IMG/VR virus record: IMGVR_UViG_3300014204_000004 | Location: 39,710-103,709 of that record | Source of the DNA: a virus | Lineage: Duplodnaviria; Caudoviricetes | DNA: 64,000 nucleotides | Direction: 5' to 3' (one strand) | In this document: positions 49,234 to 59,452 of the stretch, piece after piece | Layout: every line of letters begins with the position of its first letter | Numbering within the stretch: the stretch's first letter is position 1 | Made by a program: the position numbers and the translations under genes | The notes under the pieces: model-generated | What the model saw: the letters and a program-made list of their open reading frames with translations, nothing else | What the model was told of the DNA's origin: nothing | Databases searched by the model: none

Positions 49234-52200
49234 TGGCCGGTAAGAACGAGATAATATTTAAACTTGGGATGGACACTAAGGAAGCGGCGAGTGAATTAAA
49301 GTCGTTTTCGTCAAACGCTAAACAGTCAGTGACCGAATTATCTACGCTCTTATCTAACCTAAAGGCAGCCACCCCGAGTGGTAATCAGAAAGAAACAAAG
49401 TCCGCCTTGAAGGGTCTCGATGAGAATATCAAAAACATCGAGGCCTCTTCAAAGGCTTTAACCGACCTGGCTGGTAGAGCAGAAGGTATAAGCAAGACAA
49501 AAGGTGGCAAGAAGCTAAACGATACGCTCTTCAAGAGTATCGTAGAGGCACAGGCAAGTCTCATGTCGCAAGCAAAAGCCTTCATGGATGGCTTCGATAA
49601 GATTGCGAACGCCTCACCAATGACTGAAAGCTTAAGAATAGATAAAGGTCAGAAGTTAAAGAACGCAGGTAATCTCTTCTCTTTGAAATTCGAGGAGAAG
49701 CTTGGTGACCTCGGCAAACTTTTGAATGACATACAGAACAAAGCAGTGCGCGACATCGTTGCAAAGACCAGGGCGTTCGAGGGTCGTGATGCGGCTGGTA
49801 TGGGTAAGGCGGTAGCTGACTACGCATCAACCAGTGCTACTCTTGGTAATCAGGAACAGTTGTCGAAGTACTACCAGTCTATGCCTTATCGTTCTGGCTA
49901 CCTGCAGACTGACTACTGGAAATCAATTCAAGGTGCATCACGAGCGAGGTTTAGAGGTCTCTCCAAAGGTGGCTATGCAATGGATGAGACTGACGTTCAG
50001 ATTCACCACCCTTTTTACGAAGGGTTGAAGGGTCTTGAATGGAAGCCTGAAAATCTTCAGAAGCTTGAAGGTCTTAGCGGATTCGAGCACATACAAGAAA
50101 CAGTCAAGCAGTTGAAAGGTGGTATTCTTAACTGGTCTAAACAGCAAGCTGACGACCTCATGGCTGAGGCAAACGCTCAGGTCGAGCCTGAAGGCACGAA
50201 AGTAAATGCAAAGGTCAAGACACTTCATAAGCAGTATCAGAAGAACTTCGACCTCTTGATAAGACGCGCCATAGATTACTATACCGAACTCAACAAGATT
50301 GTTGAAGCAGGTGGTGACCCCTCTACTGAGGCACTGAAGGCTTTGAAGACCAAAGCAGGTGCTTATGAACGTGCGTTCTCGAAAGCGAATGTAAAGGGTG
50401 AAGCTCTCGATATCGAGGTGTTCAAGAAGCAGGTTGGTGAGGCACAGCTTGATTATATCAAGGGCGTAACCGATATGGCTCTTGGTGGTATGAAGGCTTC
50501 CAATCTCAGAAAGATGGCTGAGACAAAAGGTACAAACACCTCTGCTGGTTACTATCTTGATGACAGTGGTAAAGCCGCTCTCGATGAAGATGCCGCACGA
50601 CTGAAACAGTTCTCGTCTACCATCAAAAAAGGTGGTACAGACCCGCGCAAGTTCTTAGATTCGTTACGTGCTATTCAGCAGAAGAGAGCCGAATGGATAA
50701 ACGCAGGCGTAAACAGCAATGATGAGATGCTTCAGTCATACTCGCGTGTCATTGAAGCAGTAAAGCCCTCCAGAAGAATATCTGAACTCCGTATGCGTGC
50801 CACCACGCCTGAGAAACAGATTGCTACTGAGGTCTATGCGTCTGCTGTTAAAGACGCGCAGTCTCTTACGAAATCAGTAGAGAAGGTGAGCACCAGCACG
50901 AAAGGTTCAAATGCTGTTATTAAGGGTCTTGAGGACTATGACAAGTTCGTTCAGAACTCGACCGGCTTTGGTGCAGAACTCTCGAAAGCATACGCTAAAT
51001 TGAGAAGCGCATTTAAGACCGGCAATCTGGTAGAGCTTCAGCAAGCTACTGATGACCTCGTTAATATCAGAGCAAACATCTTAGGTCAAAAGAATCTTCT
51101 TGCCAAGACTAAAAGAATGTACGCAGGTGAGAAGCCTGAGACCATAGACATGACAGGTCGCTCAATGCAGTACGTGCCTACCACACAAGAGGCAGAGACC
51201 GCTCGTGCGAGAGTGCGTAAGGAAGCTGATTCTACCAGATATGGTGCAATGCCGGGACTCAACAAGTCTGACTTAGATTACGGTACTGCAAGCAAAGAAC
51301 AGATTAAAGCGGAGATGGACAAATACAAACAGAACATCATCGCTTTGAAGAAAGACATACAGGCAAAGCTTTATGAACTGAAACAATACAACAAGGCATT
51401 TCAGGACCCGAACACTGCTTCACTGTTCAGTGGTGACACTGCAGGCATCAAGTCTGGTGTATCAAACTTTCTTAAAGAAGGTACAGTAGACAAGTCGAAG
51501 ACGAGAAGCGTGGCTGAGAACGTCATGACCCAAGCCGACTACTACATGACGGACTTGGACAAGAACGTAAGCAAAGAAAGAGCGAAAAATCTGCAACAGT
51601 CAGAATATAGACTCAAGCAAGAACTGGATAGAATAAACAGGCACACCGAACGAGCAGGTAAGTTCTACGAAACCAGCACGGCACCTCCTGGAAAAGGAGA
51701 TGGAGGCGGTGGTGGTGGTGAGAAAGTAAACTGGGGTGACAACGAAAGACTTGCCAAGTTCACGAAAGGTATACAAGAGCTTGTCAACTGGCGGTCCACC
51801 TTAACCAAAGTAACCAGAGAGTACGACAGATACGCCACTGAAGCAGACCTCAAGGCTACCGAAAGATTACCGGTAAAGCTGGCTCTCTTGAGAGAAGAAA
51901 TTGCTCTGCGTGAGAAGACGGGTAAGCCTCTTACGAAGGGCATGCTCGACTTCAATATTAAAGAAGACGAGCGCAAGATAACACAGGCAATCAGGCTCAT
52001 AGACAGGTTAGATGAGCGCATAAGCGCACTCAGAGCAAAGAAGCAGAGTCCTATTCGTGACGCTCTTATCACAGGTCTTGAAGAGAGAAGGCAGGGCATA
52101 GCTGACAAGTACACACCTGCTACGTCTCAGACTAGCATGGATAAGATGGCAAAGAATATCAGGGACCTGACAGCCGCGAGAGAGCAGTATCAGGAGCTCC

Positions 52201-55200
52201 TTAATCCCACCAAGATGACGCGTTATGCAGAATCTCAGGGCATAACAGATTTAGGAACCAAAGACCTGCTTACTCAGGCGACAAAGACTCAACTGGCTGA
52301 GATAGAGAAAAAACTCGGACTCAGAAAGTCTGAGGTGACAATAGCCAACGAGATTGCACAGGCTGAGAACAACGTCATCAACAAACTCAATCTTGAGAAG
52401 CAGTTGGTAGAACGTATTGCCACACTGAGAAAGGAAGTTGCCGCTAATCCTGATAATAAAGAAAGTGTGGCACAGCTTGCCTCTCACGAGAAAGACCTTA
52501 AGAAGCTTCAAGGCAAAGCTGAACCGCAGGCTCCCATAGGTGTGAGAATTGCAGACGAGATGGAGAAATCCAAAGTTAAGATTCTCGAAGCTAAAGAAGC
52601 CGTACGGTTAATTGGTGAAGAGAAGAAGAGACTGAAGACCAACACTACTCTTGCCAAAGACGAAATCAAGGCAATGACCAAAGCTCTCGATGACATGGAG
52701 CATGGTTACAAGAACGTGTCTGAAGGCGTCGGCAAGAATGTCGGCGCATTTAAGAAGCTCGGTGACGGTATCGGCGGTGTCGGCAAGACTATGGTTGAGA
52801 TGGCTAAATGGCAGTCCGTTTGGTATCTCTCGAAAGGCACAGTCTTTGCACTGCCTCAGCTTGTAGGTATGGGCGTCGAGTATGCTAAAGAAATAGATGC
52901 CATGAACTTCAAGCTTCTCAGATGGAGAGCTACCTCGGGGACAGTCACCACAGAGATGCGCGAAGAGGTTAAAGGTCTCGGCGATGAGATAAGAAGAAGT
53001 CTTCTTGTAACTCCAGGTGACTTTAAAGAAACGCTGACCGCAATAGAGAGTTTGATTGGCGCTGGCATGAGCACTGCAACAGCCAAAGAGCTTGTGCCTA
53101 CCATGACAATAATGAAGTCTGCCTTCCCCGAGATAGACTTCGAGAAGTTCTCAGTAGCCGCAATGGGTGCCTTTAACGTCTTCAAAGACAGCATTGAAGG
53201 TGCTACCACAGAAGGTGGCAAGTTCAAGATACTCATGGAACAGTTGATGGCGGCACAGGCTGAATCTATCGCACGTCCTGAGCACTTTGCGAAAATCATG
53301 CAGTACATGTCAGAAATGGGTAAGATTGCAGGCATGACCTCGAAAGAGGTTTTTGCATTATCAACCACCATCGCTGATACGGGTGTCACCACCTCACAGT
53401 CTGCCAGATTGCTGTCAGGCTTTATCACTCAGTTGTCCAGAACCAAGACAATGGAAGGCCTGAACAAGCTGTTTGAGAAGAACAAGGTAAGTCCCGATAA
53501 TATGCTTGATAGCTCCAAACCTCTGCTTGAGAACCTCAAGAGGACCATGCAGGGTTTACGCGAGATGGGCTTCACTGAAAAGACACAGCCTACGGCAGTG
53601 TTTGAGTACTTGCAGAGATTCATACCGAAAGAAGAGATTAAGGTCTTTGGTGCATTAGTAGACAGGTATGAAGATTTTCAGAAGCGTGTCATCACTCTCG
53701 GCAAATCTGGTGGTGCAACAGAAGCACTGGGTAAAGAACTGAGCAGAACCATCGACGGTCAGTTGAAGATGATAAAGCACACCATGAACGAGCTTGGTTC
53801 AGCAGGCAACGTTTCATCTCAGGGTCTTGGTGTGCTCATGGCTGGTGGATTAGATGCCGCTCGTGGTGCGTTACTTGCACTTAACCCGCAGTTGTCTCAA
53901 TCAGTCTTCAACCTAGATACGTTAGGTCAAGCAGGTAAGACAGCGCACTCTGTTGTAGCAACACTCGTCACTGCTTTTAAAGCAGTGTGGTCTGTCGTCA
54001 AGCCTTTTGCGCTTGTGCTGAAAGATGTGTTTGATGTTCTCGCTAAAGTGCCTCAGCTTACTCAGGCACTCACCTTTGCCGCATTGATATTTGGCTTGCA
54101 CAAACTTGTCAATCTGTTCACCTTAGGTAAAGGTCTTGCCAGCTTCTTCGGTATCAGTCTGAAGCAGGTAGGTGAAGACGCCACCAAAGCCGCATACGGT
54201 ATCAAGATGACTGAGGCGGCAACAATGAGTCTTGCGACAAAACAGAAAGCGGCCGCAGGTCAGATGTTGTTACCAGGTATGGCAGGTACAGGTGCAAAAA
54301 ATTCTGCAACTCCTGTGCCGGTAGGTGGTGGTTACGCCAATGCCAAAGGTAAGTACGGTGCAGTTGGTGGAGTAGCCTCAGCAGTGGGCATAGGTGGTAT
54401 GATGCTGGGTTCTCAAATCGAGGACCAAGATACCAATGCGCTCGTCAGCAAACTGGCACTTCTTGTAACCGTTGGTGGTCAGGTCATACAGTATGTGCCT
54501 CAGATGGCCGCGGCTATCACTAAACTTGGTGGCTCGATTGCGTCACTTAATCTCTTATCGAGAGGCGGTGCGGCTCTTACATTTCTTGAGGCTATACCTG
54601 GTGGTATAGCTGGTGTTGTTACTGCTATAGGTGCGTTAGGCGCCGCAGTCGGTTACTTTGTAGGCAAGTGGGGATACAATGTAATAGCCAGGATGCTTGG
54701 TGAGTTACCGGAACAGATTGAAAAAAGAGTAGATGATGTAGCCAAGAAGATTCATGCGCTGAAGCCCGATGAGATTGGTGAGGTGTATGCTCTCATTCAG
54801 AAAGCTGAAGATGAGCTAGGTACATTCGGTTTTGTAAACGCAGACACTCTTGCAGAGATGACCAAGAGAGGTTACGCTGAATATGCTGGCTCGATAGATA
54901 GACTGAGAAAGCTGAAAGAGTCGTTAGGTAAGGGAGTAGGTTGGGAACATCCCAGTCAGGAAGCGCCGAAAGAAGAGAAAGAAACCAAAGATATCGATAT
55001 ACCTGATAAAGAAGGGGCGCGTAAGAGAGCATCTGAACTTGCCAATCTTGAAAAAGAGATTCGCAATCTTCAATTGTCGGCTCTTAAGACTCACCTCGAT
55101 GCCATGCGTAGTGTGTACAATCAGTTCTACAACTGGGGTTGGTTAACAGCCGACCAGGTCTACGAATTGGAACTTGATAACATAAAACAGCACTATGATT

Positions 55201-57461
55201 CAGAGCTTGCGGTTATAAGAGCAGGCGAGGCAAGCATACGCGAAGAACGCAGAAGAACGTATGAATCAGAGGTGACAAGAACGCTCTCTCCCAAGTACAG
55301 TGATACTGGTGATGGTACACAAGCGACAGGTAAGGCTACAAGCTCGAAAGGCATGAAGCCAGAAGACGTTAAGGCTTTGATTACAAAGATATCAGCGCAG
55401 GAGAAAAGTAAGGTCAGCGAAGAGGTAATCTACAACCTGCTTCATACTGAGTCGAGACTTAACCCTAACGCTGTAAGCCCGATGACAAAATATGGTCAGG
55501 CATATGGGATTGGTCAGGTACAGCCTGCCACCGCAAGAAGCGTTGGTGTAGACCCAGGTCAAGGTAACGAGAATCTCTTTGATGCAGAGACCAACATCAC
55601 TGCCAGTATTCGATATGTGAACAAGATGCTCGTGACATACGGCAACATAAGCGACGCTCTTGGTGCATACAACGCCGGCCCCGGTGGGTTAAACAAGCTG
55701 AAGAAACTAGCGGCTACTAAAGGCACAAACTGGCAGGATGAATCGGCTGGTGTATCTAAATATGTAAACGACATTCTGAACCCTTCAGATAAAACGAATA
55801 CCGTTGCCGCAACATCGACCAAGCCAGTCGAAGAAGCAAAGAAGGTGGCGAAGGAAACAAAAGAGATTGTAAAGGCAAGTGCAACAGAAACCACCGCCAT
55901 AGTTAATGCCAGCGGTGAAGAGCAGACTGAGCTTATAAGAGAAAGAGGCGAGGAAACAATAGACCTCACCAGACAGCAGAAAGATGTTCTTATAGACACC
56001 AACAGAAAGTATGGTTTGACTGTGACAAAGGATACTCTCGATACCAACAATCAGATTCTCAAGCTCACCACAGACAGACTGAGCAAAGAACTGACCGCAA
56101 TATCAGAGCATCACAAAAGGAAAATCGCTCTTGTTGACGCTCTTAATGCCAGACAGGACGCGCAGAACAGGCACGAACTCAACATGTCAAAGCTTCAGTT
56201 CGAGAAGACCAAACAGCTTGCTCTTCTTGAAGCCAACTGGAAGCTTGGTGTTGGTAAGATGACCGAAAGTCAGATGCTTGATTTCAAAGAGAAGCAGGCA
56301 AGGCAAGAATACGAGATGAAGAAGTCTGAGGCGGAAGGCAATCGTCAGAGCTTCTACACGAAAAATGCCACCAAGCTTAATGCCATAGAGCAGGGACCTG
56401 ACTATGTAAAAAAGATAGAAGCCCTGACCAAAGAGTCATTTGCTACCAGACTCACTGACCCTGCCGCCAGCGCAAACGCGGTGGCTGAGATAAAAAAGGT
56501 GGTAGACGCTCTTACGACAGAGGAAAAGGCTCTTCTCAGCGAACAGGATGTAGTGAATGTAGTCAATGAGAAGCTTACCACAGAAAACACGTACAGAGAA
56601 GCGGTAACACAGGCTATAAACGAACAAGCTGTCGCACTTCAGACGCTTAACTACGAAAGACGTTCTAATCCCGAAGCCATCTATCAGAAGGGTGCAGAAG
56701 GTTACGAGAAGGGCATGAACGGCGTATTCAAACTGTCGCTTGAACAGCTTTCAGTAGAATACGGTAAGACTGGTGCACAGCTTCAGGATATAACCAAGTC
56801 TGCCTTCAACACAATGGGCAACTCGTTCAGTACCTTGTTCTCAGATGTGTTCAAAGGCGAACTGAAGTCTGCTGAAGATTACTTCAGGTCTTTCTTAGAC
56901 AGTCTCGCTAACTCTCTTGGTGACTTCCTTTCAAAGCAGGTCGTCAACAGCTTCTTGAAAATGTTTACTGAGGGTGCAAGTAGTGGTGCAAGTGCAAGTA
57001 GTGGTGGGGGTGGTTTCGGTGGTCTGTTTAGTGGTATAATGGGTCTCTTTAGTGGTGGTGGTGCAACCGCCGCCGCAGGTGCGGGAGCCGCCAGTGGAGG
57101 CTTCAGCTTTCTTGGTGGTTCGAGTGGCATAGCCACCTTGCTTGGTACGGTTCACACAGGTGGCTATATAATGCACAGAGGAGGCTTCGTACCACGCTTT
57201 CATTCGGGAGGTTTGAACAGTGATGAGGTTCCTGCTATACTACAGAAAGGCGAATACGTAGTGAGTAAGAAAGGAGTGTCAATGCTAGACCAGATTAACA
57301 ACGGGCAGATGGGAGTCAATCAAGCTCCGCCTCCTGAGAACGTGAATAACAATAATCTGCGAATCGTCAACGTGCTCGACCCGAGCATAGTCAATCAGTG
57401 GGCAACATCGGCTGAGGGCGAAAAGGTATTGATGAACGTAATACGTCGCAATCAAAATTAG
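49233..57461 (+). CDS. tape measure protein with lytic transglycosylase (SLT) domain
   Basis: 2742 aa helical; SLT motifs TESRLNPNAVS, GIGQV and GAYNAGPG (about 55400-55780); C-terminal FHSGG..DEVPAILQKGE. Confidence 0.93.
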   Translation: MAGKNEIIFKLGMDTKEAASELKSFSSNAKQSVTELSTLLSNLKAATPSGNQKETKSALKGLDENIKNIEASSKALTDLAGRAEGISKTKGGKKLNDTLFKSIVEAQASLMSQAKAFMDGFDKIANASPMTESLRIDKGQKLKNAGNLFSLKFEEKLGDLGKLLNDIQNKAVRDIVAKTRAFEGRDAAGMGKAVADYASTSATLGNQEQLSKYYQSMPYRSGYLQTDYWKSIQGASRARFRGLSKGGYAMDETDVQIHHPFYEGLKGLEWKPENLQKLEGLSGFEHIQETVKQLKGGILNWSKQQADDLMAEANAQVEPEGTKVNAKVKTLHKQYQKNFDLLIRRAIDYYTELNKIVEAGGDPSTEALKALKTKAGAYERAFSKANVKGEALDIEVFKKQVGEAQLDYIKGVTDMALGGMKASNLRKMAETKGTNTSAGYYLDDSGKAALDEDAARLKQFSSTIKKGGTDPRKFLDSLRAIQQKRAEWINAGVNSNDEMLQSYSRVIEAVKPSRRISELRMRATTPEKQIATEVYASAVKDAQSLTKSVEKVSTSTKGSNAVIKGLEDYDKFVQNSTGFGAELSKAYAKLRSAFKTGNLVELQQATDDLVNIRANILGQKNLLAKTKRMYAGEKPETIDMTGRSMQYVPTTQEAETARARVRKEADSTRYGAMPGLNKSDLDYGTASKEQIKAEMDKYKQNIIALKKDIQAKLYELKQYNKAFQDPNTASLFSGDTAGIKSGVSNFLKEGTVDKSKTRSVAENVMTQADYYMTDLDKNVSKERAKNLQQSEYRLKQELDRINRHTERAGKFYETSTAPPGKGDGGGGGGEKVNWGDNERLAKFTKGIQELVNWRSTLTKVTREYDRYATEADLKATERLPVKLALLREEIALREKTGKPLTKGMLDFNIKEDERKITQAIRLIDRLDERISALRAKKQSPIRDALITGLEERRQGIADKYTPATSQTSMDKMAKNIRDLTAAREQYQELLNPTKMTRYAESQGITDLGTKDLLTQATKTQLAEIEKKLGLRKSEVTIANEIAQAENNVINKLNLEKQLVERIATLRKEVAANPDNKESVAQLASHEKDLKKLQGKAEPQAPIGVRIADEMEKSKVKILEAKEAVRLIGEEKKRLKTNTTLAKDEIKAMTKALDDMEHGYKNVSEGVGKNVGAFKKLGDGIGGVGKTMVEMAKWQSVWYLSKGTVFALPQLVGMGVEYAKEIDAMNFKLLRWRATSGTVTTEMREEVKGLGDEIRRSLLVTPGDFKETLTAIESLIGAGMSTATAKELVPTMTIMKSAFPEIDFEKFSVAAMGAFNVFKDSIEGATTEGGKFKILMEQLMAAQAESIARPEHFAKIMQYMSEMGKIAGMTSKEVFALSTTIADTGVTTSQSARLLSGFITQLSRTKTMEGLNKLFEKNKVSPDNMLDSSKPLLENLKRTMQGLREMGFTEKTQPTAVFEYLQRFIPKEEIKVFGALVDRYEDFQKRVITLGKSGGATEALGKELSRTIDGQLKMIKHTMNELGSAGNVSSQGLGVLMAGGLDAARGALLALNPQLSQSVFNLDTLGQAGKTAHSVVATLVTAFKAVWSVVKPFALVLKDVFDVLAKVPQLTQALTFAALIFGLHKLVNLFTLGKGLASFFGISLKQVGEDATKAAYGIKMTEAATMSLATKQKAAAGQMLLPGMAGTGAKNSATPVPVGGGYANAKGKYGAVGGVASAVGIGGMMLGSQIEDQDTNALVSKLALLVTVGGQVIQYVPQMAAAITKLGGSIASLNLLSRGGAALTFLEAIPGGIAGVVTAIGALGAAVGYFVGKWGYNVIARMLGELPEQIEKRVDDVAKKIHALKPDEIGEVYALIQKAEDELGTFGFVNADTLAEMTKRGYAEYAGSIDRLRKLKESLGKGVGWEHPSQEAPKEEKETKDIDIPDKEGARKRASELANLEKEIRNLQLSALKTHLDAMRSVYNQFYNWGWLTADQVYELELDNIKQHYDSELAVIRAGEASIREERRRTYESEVTRTLSPKYSDTGDGTQATGKATSSKGMKPEDVKALITKISAQEKSKVSEEVIYNLLHTESRLNPNAVSPMTKYGQAYGIGQVQPATARSVGVDPGQGNENLFDAETNITASIRYVNKMLVTYGNISDALGAYNAGPGGLNKLKKLAATKGTNWQDESAGVSKYVNDILNPSDKTNTVAATSTKPVEEAKKVAKETKEIVKASATETTAIVNASGEEQTELIRERGEETIDLTRQQKDVLIDTNRKYGLTVTKDTLDTNNQILKLTTDRLSKELTAISEHHKRKIALVDALNARQDAQNRHELNMSKLQFEKTKQLALLEANWKLGVGKMTESQMLDFKEKQARQEYEMKKSEAEGNRQSFYTKNATKLNAIEQGPDYVKKIEALTKESFATRLTDPAASANAVAEIKKVVDALTTEEKALLSEQDVVNVVNEKLTTENTYREAVTQAINEQAVALQTLNYERRSNPEAIYQKGAEGYEKGMNGVFKLSLEQLSVEYGKTGAQLQDITKSAFNTMGNSFSTLFSDVFKGELKSAEDYFRSFLDSLANSLGDFLSKQVVNSFLKMFTEGASSGASASSGGGGFGGLFSGIMGLFSGGGATAAAGAGAASGGFSFLGGSSGIATLLGTVHTGGYIMHRGGFVPRFHSGGLNSDEVPAILQKGEYVVSKKGVSMLDQINNGQMGVNQAPPPENVNNNNLRIVNVLDPSIVNQWATSAEGEKVLMNVIRRNQN

Positions 57462-57473
57462 TGGAGGCTCGGA

Positions 57474-58463
57474 ATGGCGTATGAAACAGGAACAGCAACA
57501 GACTATCTCGACCTATTGGATAAGCTCGTAACATTCATGGTCGCCAATGGTTGGGTATCGAACAGATACGAGACTACCGGCGATTATGAGTTTCTTGCAA
57601 AAGGCACAGGTCTTGCAGGCACAGACAATATCTATGTCGGCATAACCACATACTCGGATGAAGACCTAGACTATTATAACTGGCGTCTTCAAGGTGCTCT
57701 CGGCTATGATGCGAGTAAGACCTTCGACTTACAGCCTGGTGCAATACCCGCACCTACAATAGGCAGAACACCCGTCATTCATCTTTGGAACAGCAACATA
57801 CCGTACTGGTTCATTGTGAACTCAAGACGTGCAATCGTGGTAGCAAAAGTCTCGACAGTATATCAGATAATGTATATAGGATATATCTTGCCTTATCTGC
57901 CACCTTCGATGATGCCTTACCCTCTTGCAATAGTAGGCACGTCAGTTGGTGCATGTGCGGGTATGACCACATATACAGGTGAGAGATGGAGCCAGGCAAC
58001 GCCTTCTCATTCGCTGGGAGTCTTAGACCCCGTGTGCGACCTTCTTGGTGCAACCAGTGACATAGTAGCTCAACCCAACGGCAACTTTAGATTCTGGTTT
58101 CAAGAGTGGGGTGCCATTGCAAATAAATACATCTACACTTATGATGGCGGTGGCACAGCAAGAACCGTAGATTCGCGTCAACTGTGGCCTCTCAGTCTGA
58201 ACAATGTTGACCTTATTAATCGTTTAAGACCGCGTCCGAATGATAGCTCGTACTCTTTACTGCCTATCATAGTTACACATAGACTCAATTCACCCAATGT
58301 CTTTGGCGAATTGGAAGGTATTTATCAATGCTCTGGTTTTAATAATGCTTCAGAAAATGTAATTCAAATTCCAGATGGCGTGAGTGGTTACAATGACTAT
58401 CTTGTGATTCAGAACGTGTTCAGAACTGGTCAAGGTAACTACTGCGCGGTGAGGTTAACATAA
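57474..58463 (+). CDS. virion structural protein (distal tail region)
   Basis: MAYETGTATDY.DLL N-terminus and GELEG motif, as in YuA/phiJL001-like tail modules. Confidence 0.7.
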   Translation: MAYETGTATDYLDLLDKLVTFMVANGWVSNRYETTGDYEFLAKGTGLAGTDNIYVGITTYSDEDLDYYNWRLQGALGYDASKTFDLQPGAIPAPTIGRTPVIHLWNSNIPYWFIVNSRRAIVVAKVSTVYQIMYIGYILPYLPPSMMPYPLAIVGTSVGACAGMTTYTGERWSQATPSHSLGVLDPVCDLLGATSDIVAQPNGNFRFWFQEWGAIANKYIYTYDGGGTARTVDSRQLWPLSLNNVDLINRLRPRPNDSSYSLLPIIVTHRLNSPNVFGELEGIYQCSGFNNASENVIQIPDGVSGYNDYLVIQNVFRTGQGNYCAVRLT

Positions 58464-59452
58464 TGGCATACTCAACCGGTAGCGCGACAGACGTAAACGA
58501 CCTGCTTTCAAAGATAAGAAACTTTCTCACTGCTAACGGCTATACTGAAGACAGCTACGCCGCCGCAGGTGCAGGCTATCGCTTGAACATACACAAAGAT
58601 GGCATGTACTTCAACTTCAGGTCTTCTGTGAATGAGAATGTAACGCAAGGTGCCTCTGGCGGCAATTTTTATGGCATAGCCATGAGTGCCGCAACAGGCT
58701 ATGATGCAGGTGCAGAAGGCGCAGATAACAAGATAGCTTGGAAGACTCAGCCTGGAGCTCCATATTATTATGGGCAGACTGGTATAAAACTGGCTGTTGT
58801 TGCAGGCAATATAACGGGTGCTGTACCTCAGTACCACTTCTTTGCAAACACAGACGGTTTTATTCTCTGTATAGAAAGAGCATCAGGCTTTTGGGAACAT
58901 TTGGCAGGCGGTCAGTTAACCAACTTTGGTACAGCACAAGCACTCGATGGCTTCTTCTTTGCAGGCTCAGGTTCAGGCTATGATAATGTCAACAACACAC
59001 GAGGTCTATTTACACCTAATTATTCTGTACCAAATGCTTTCATCTATTATGAGCATGCGTCTGTCAGCTTCGCTCAGAAATGGTGGGGAACCAACAGTTA
59101 CGTTGGCGCAAGCGGTGGGTATTTCACAGTACAGTCAGCCTATTCACCTTTCCCTGTGAACCTTACATCATCAGGCGCATACAATCTCGGCTATCTGCAA
59201 TCGTTGTTAAGAAGTGTGCCTAGCATAATTGGCAACTTAACACCTCTGTTTCCGTCCTACTTCAGTATAGGCTGGATTGATAGCAGTGATTTCCTTATCG
59301 GACATTTCGACTCTATAAGATGTTCGATAATAACTGCCTTCACACCTCTGCAAGAGATAGTGATTGGCGATGATACGTGGAAGATATTCCCCGTTACCAA
59401 TGTAAACAATACGACGAGGCCCTATGCAATAGCGGTTAAAAAGGTGGCATAA
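58463..59452 (+). CDS. virion structural protein, paralog of the preceding gene
   Basis: MAYSTGSATDVNDLL N-terminus; GDDTWKIFP. Confidence 0.7.
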   Translation: MAYSTGSATDVNDLLSKIRNFLTANGYTEDSYAAAGAGYRLNIHKDGMYFNFRSSVNENVTQGASGGNFYGIAMSAATGYDAGAEGADNKIAWKTQPGAPYYYGQTGIKLAVVAGNITGAVPQYHFFANTDGFILCIERASGFWEHLAGGQLTNFGTAQALDGFFFAGSGSGYDNVNNTRGLFTPNYSVPNAFIYYEHASVSFAQKWWGTNSYVGASGGYFTVQSAYSPFPVNLTSSGAYNLGYLQSLLRSVPSIIGNLTPLFPSYFSIGWIDSSDFLIGHFDSIRCSIITAFTPLQEIVIGDDTWKIFPVTNVNNTTRPYAIAVKKVA

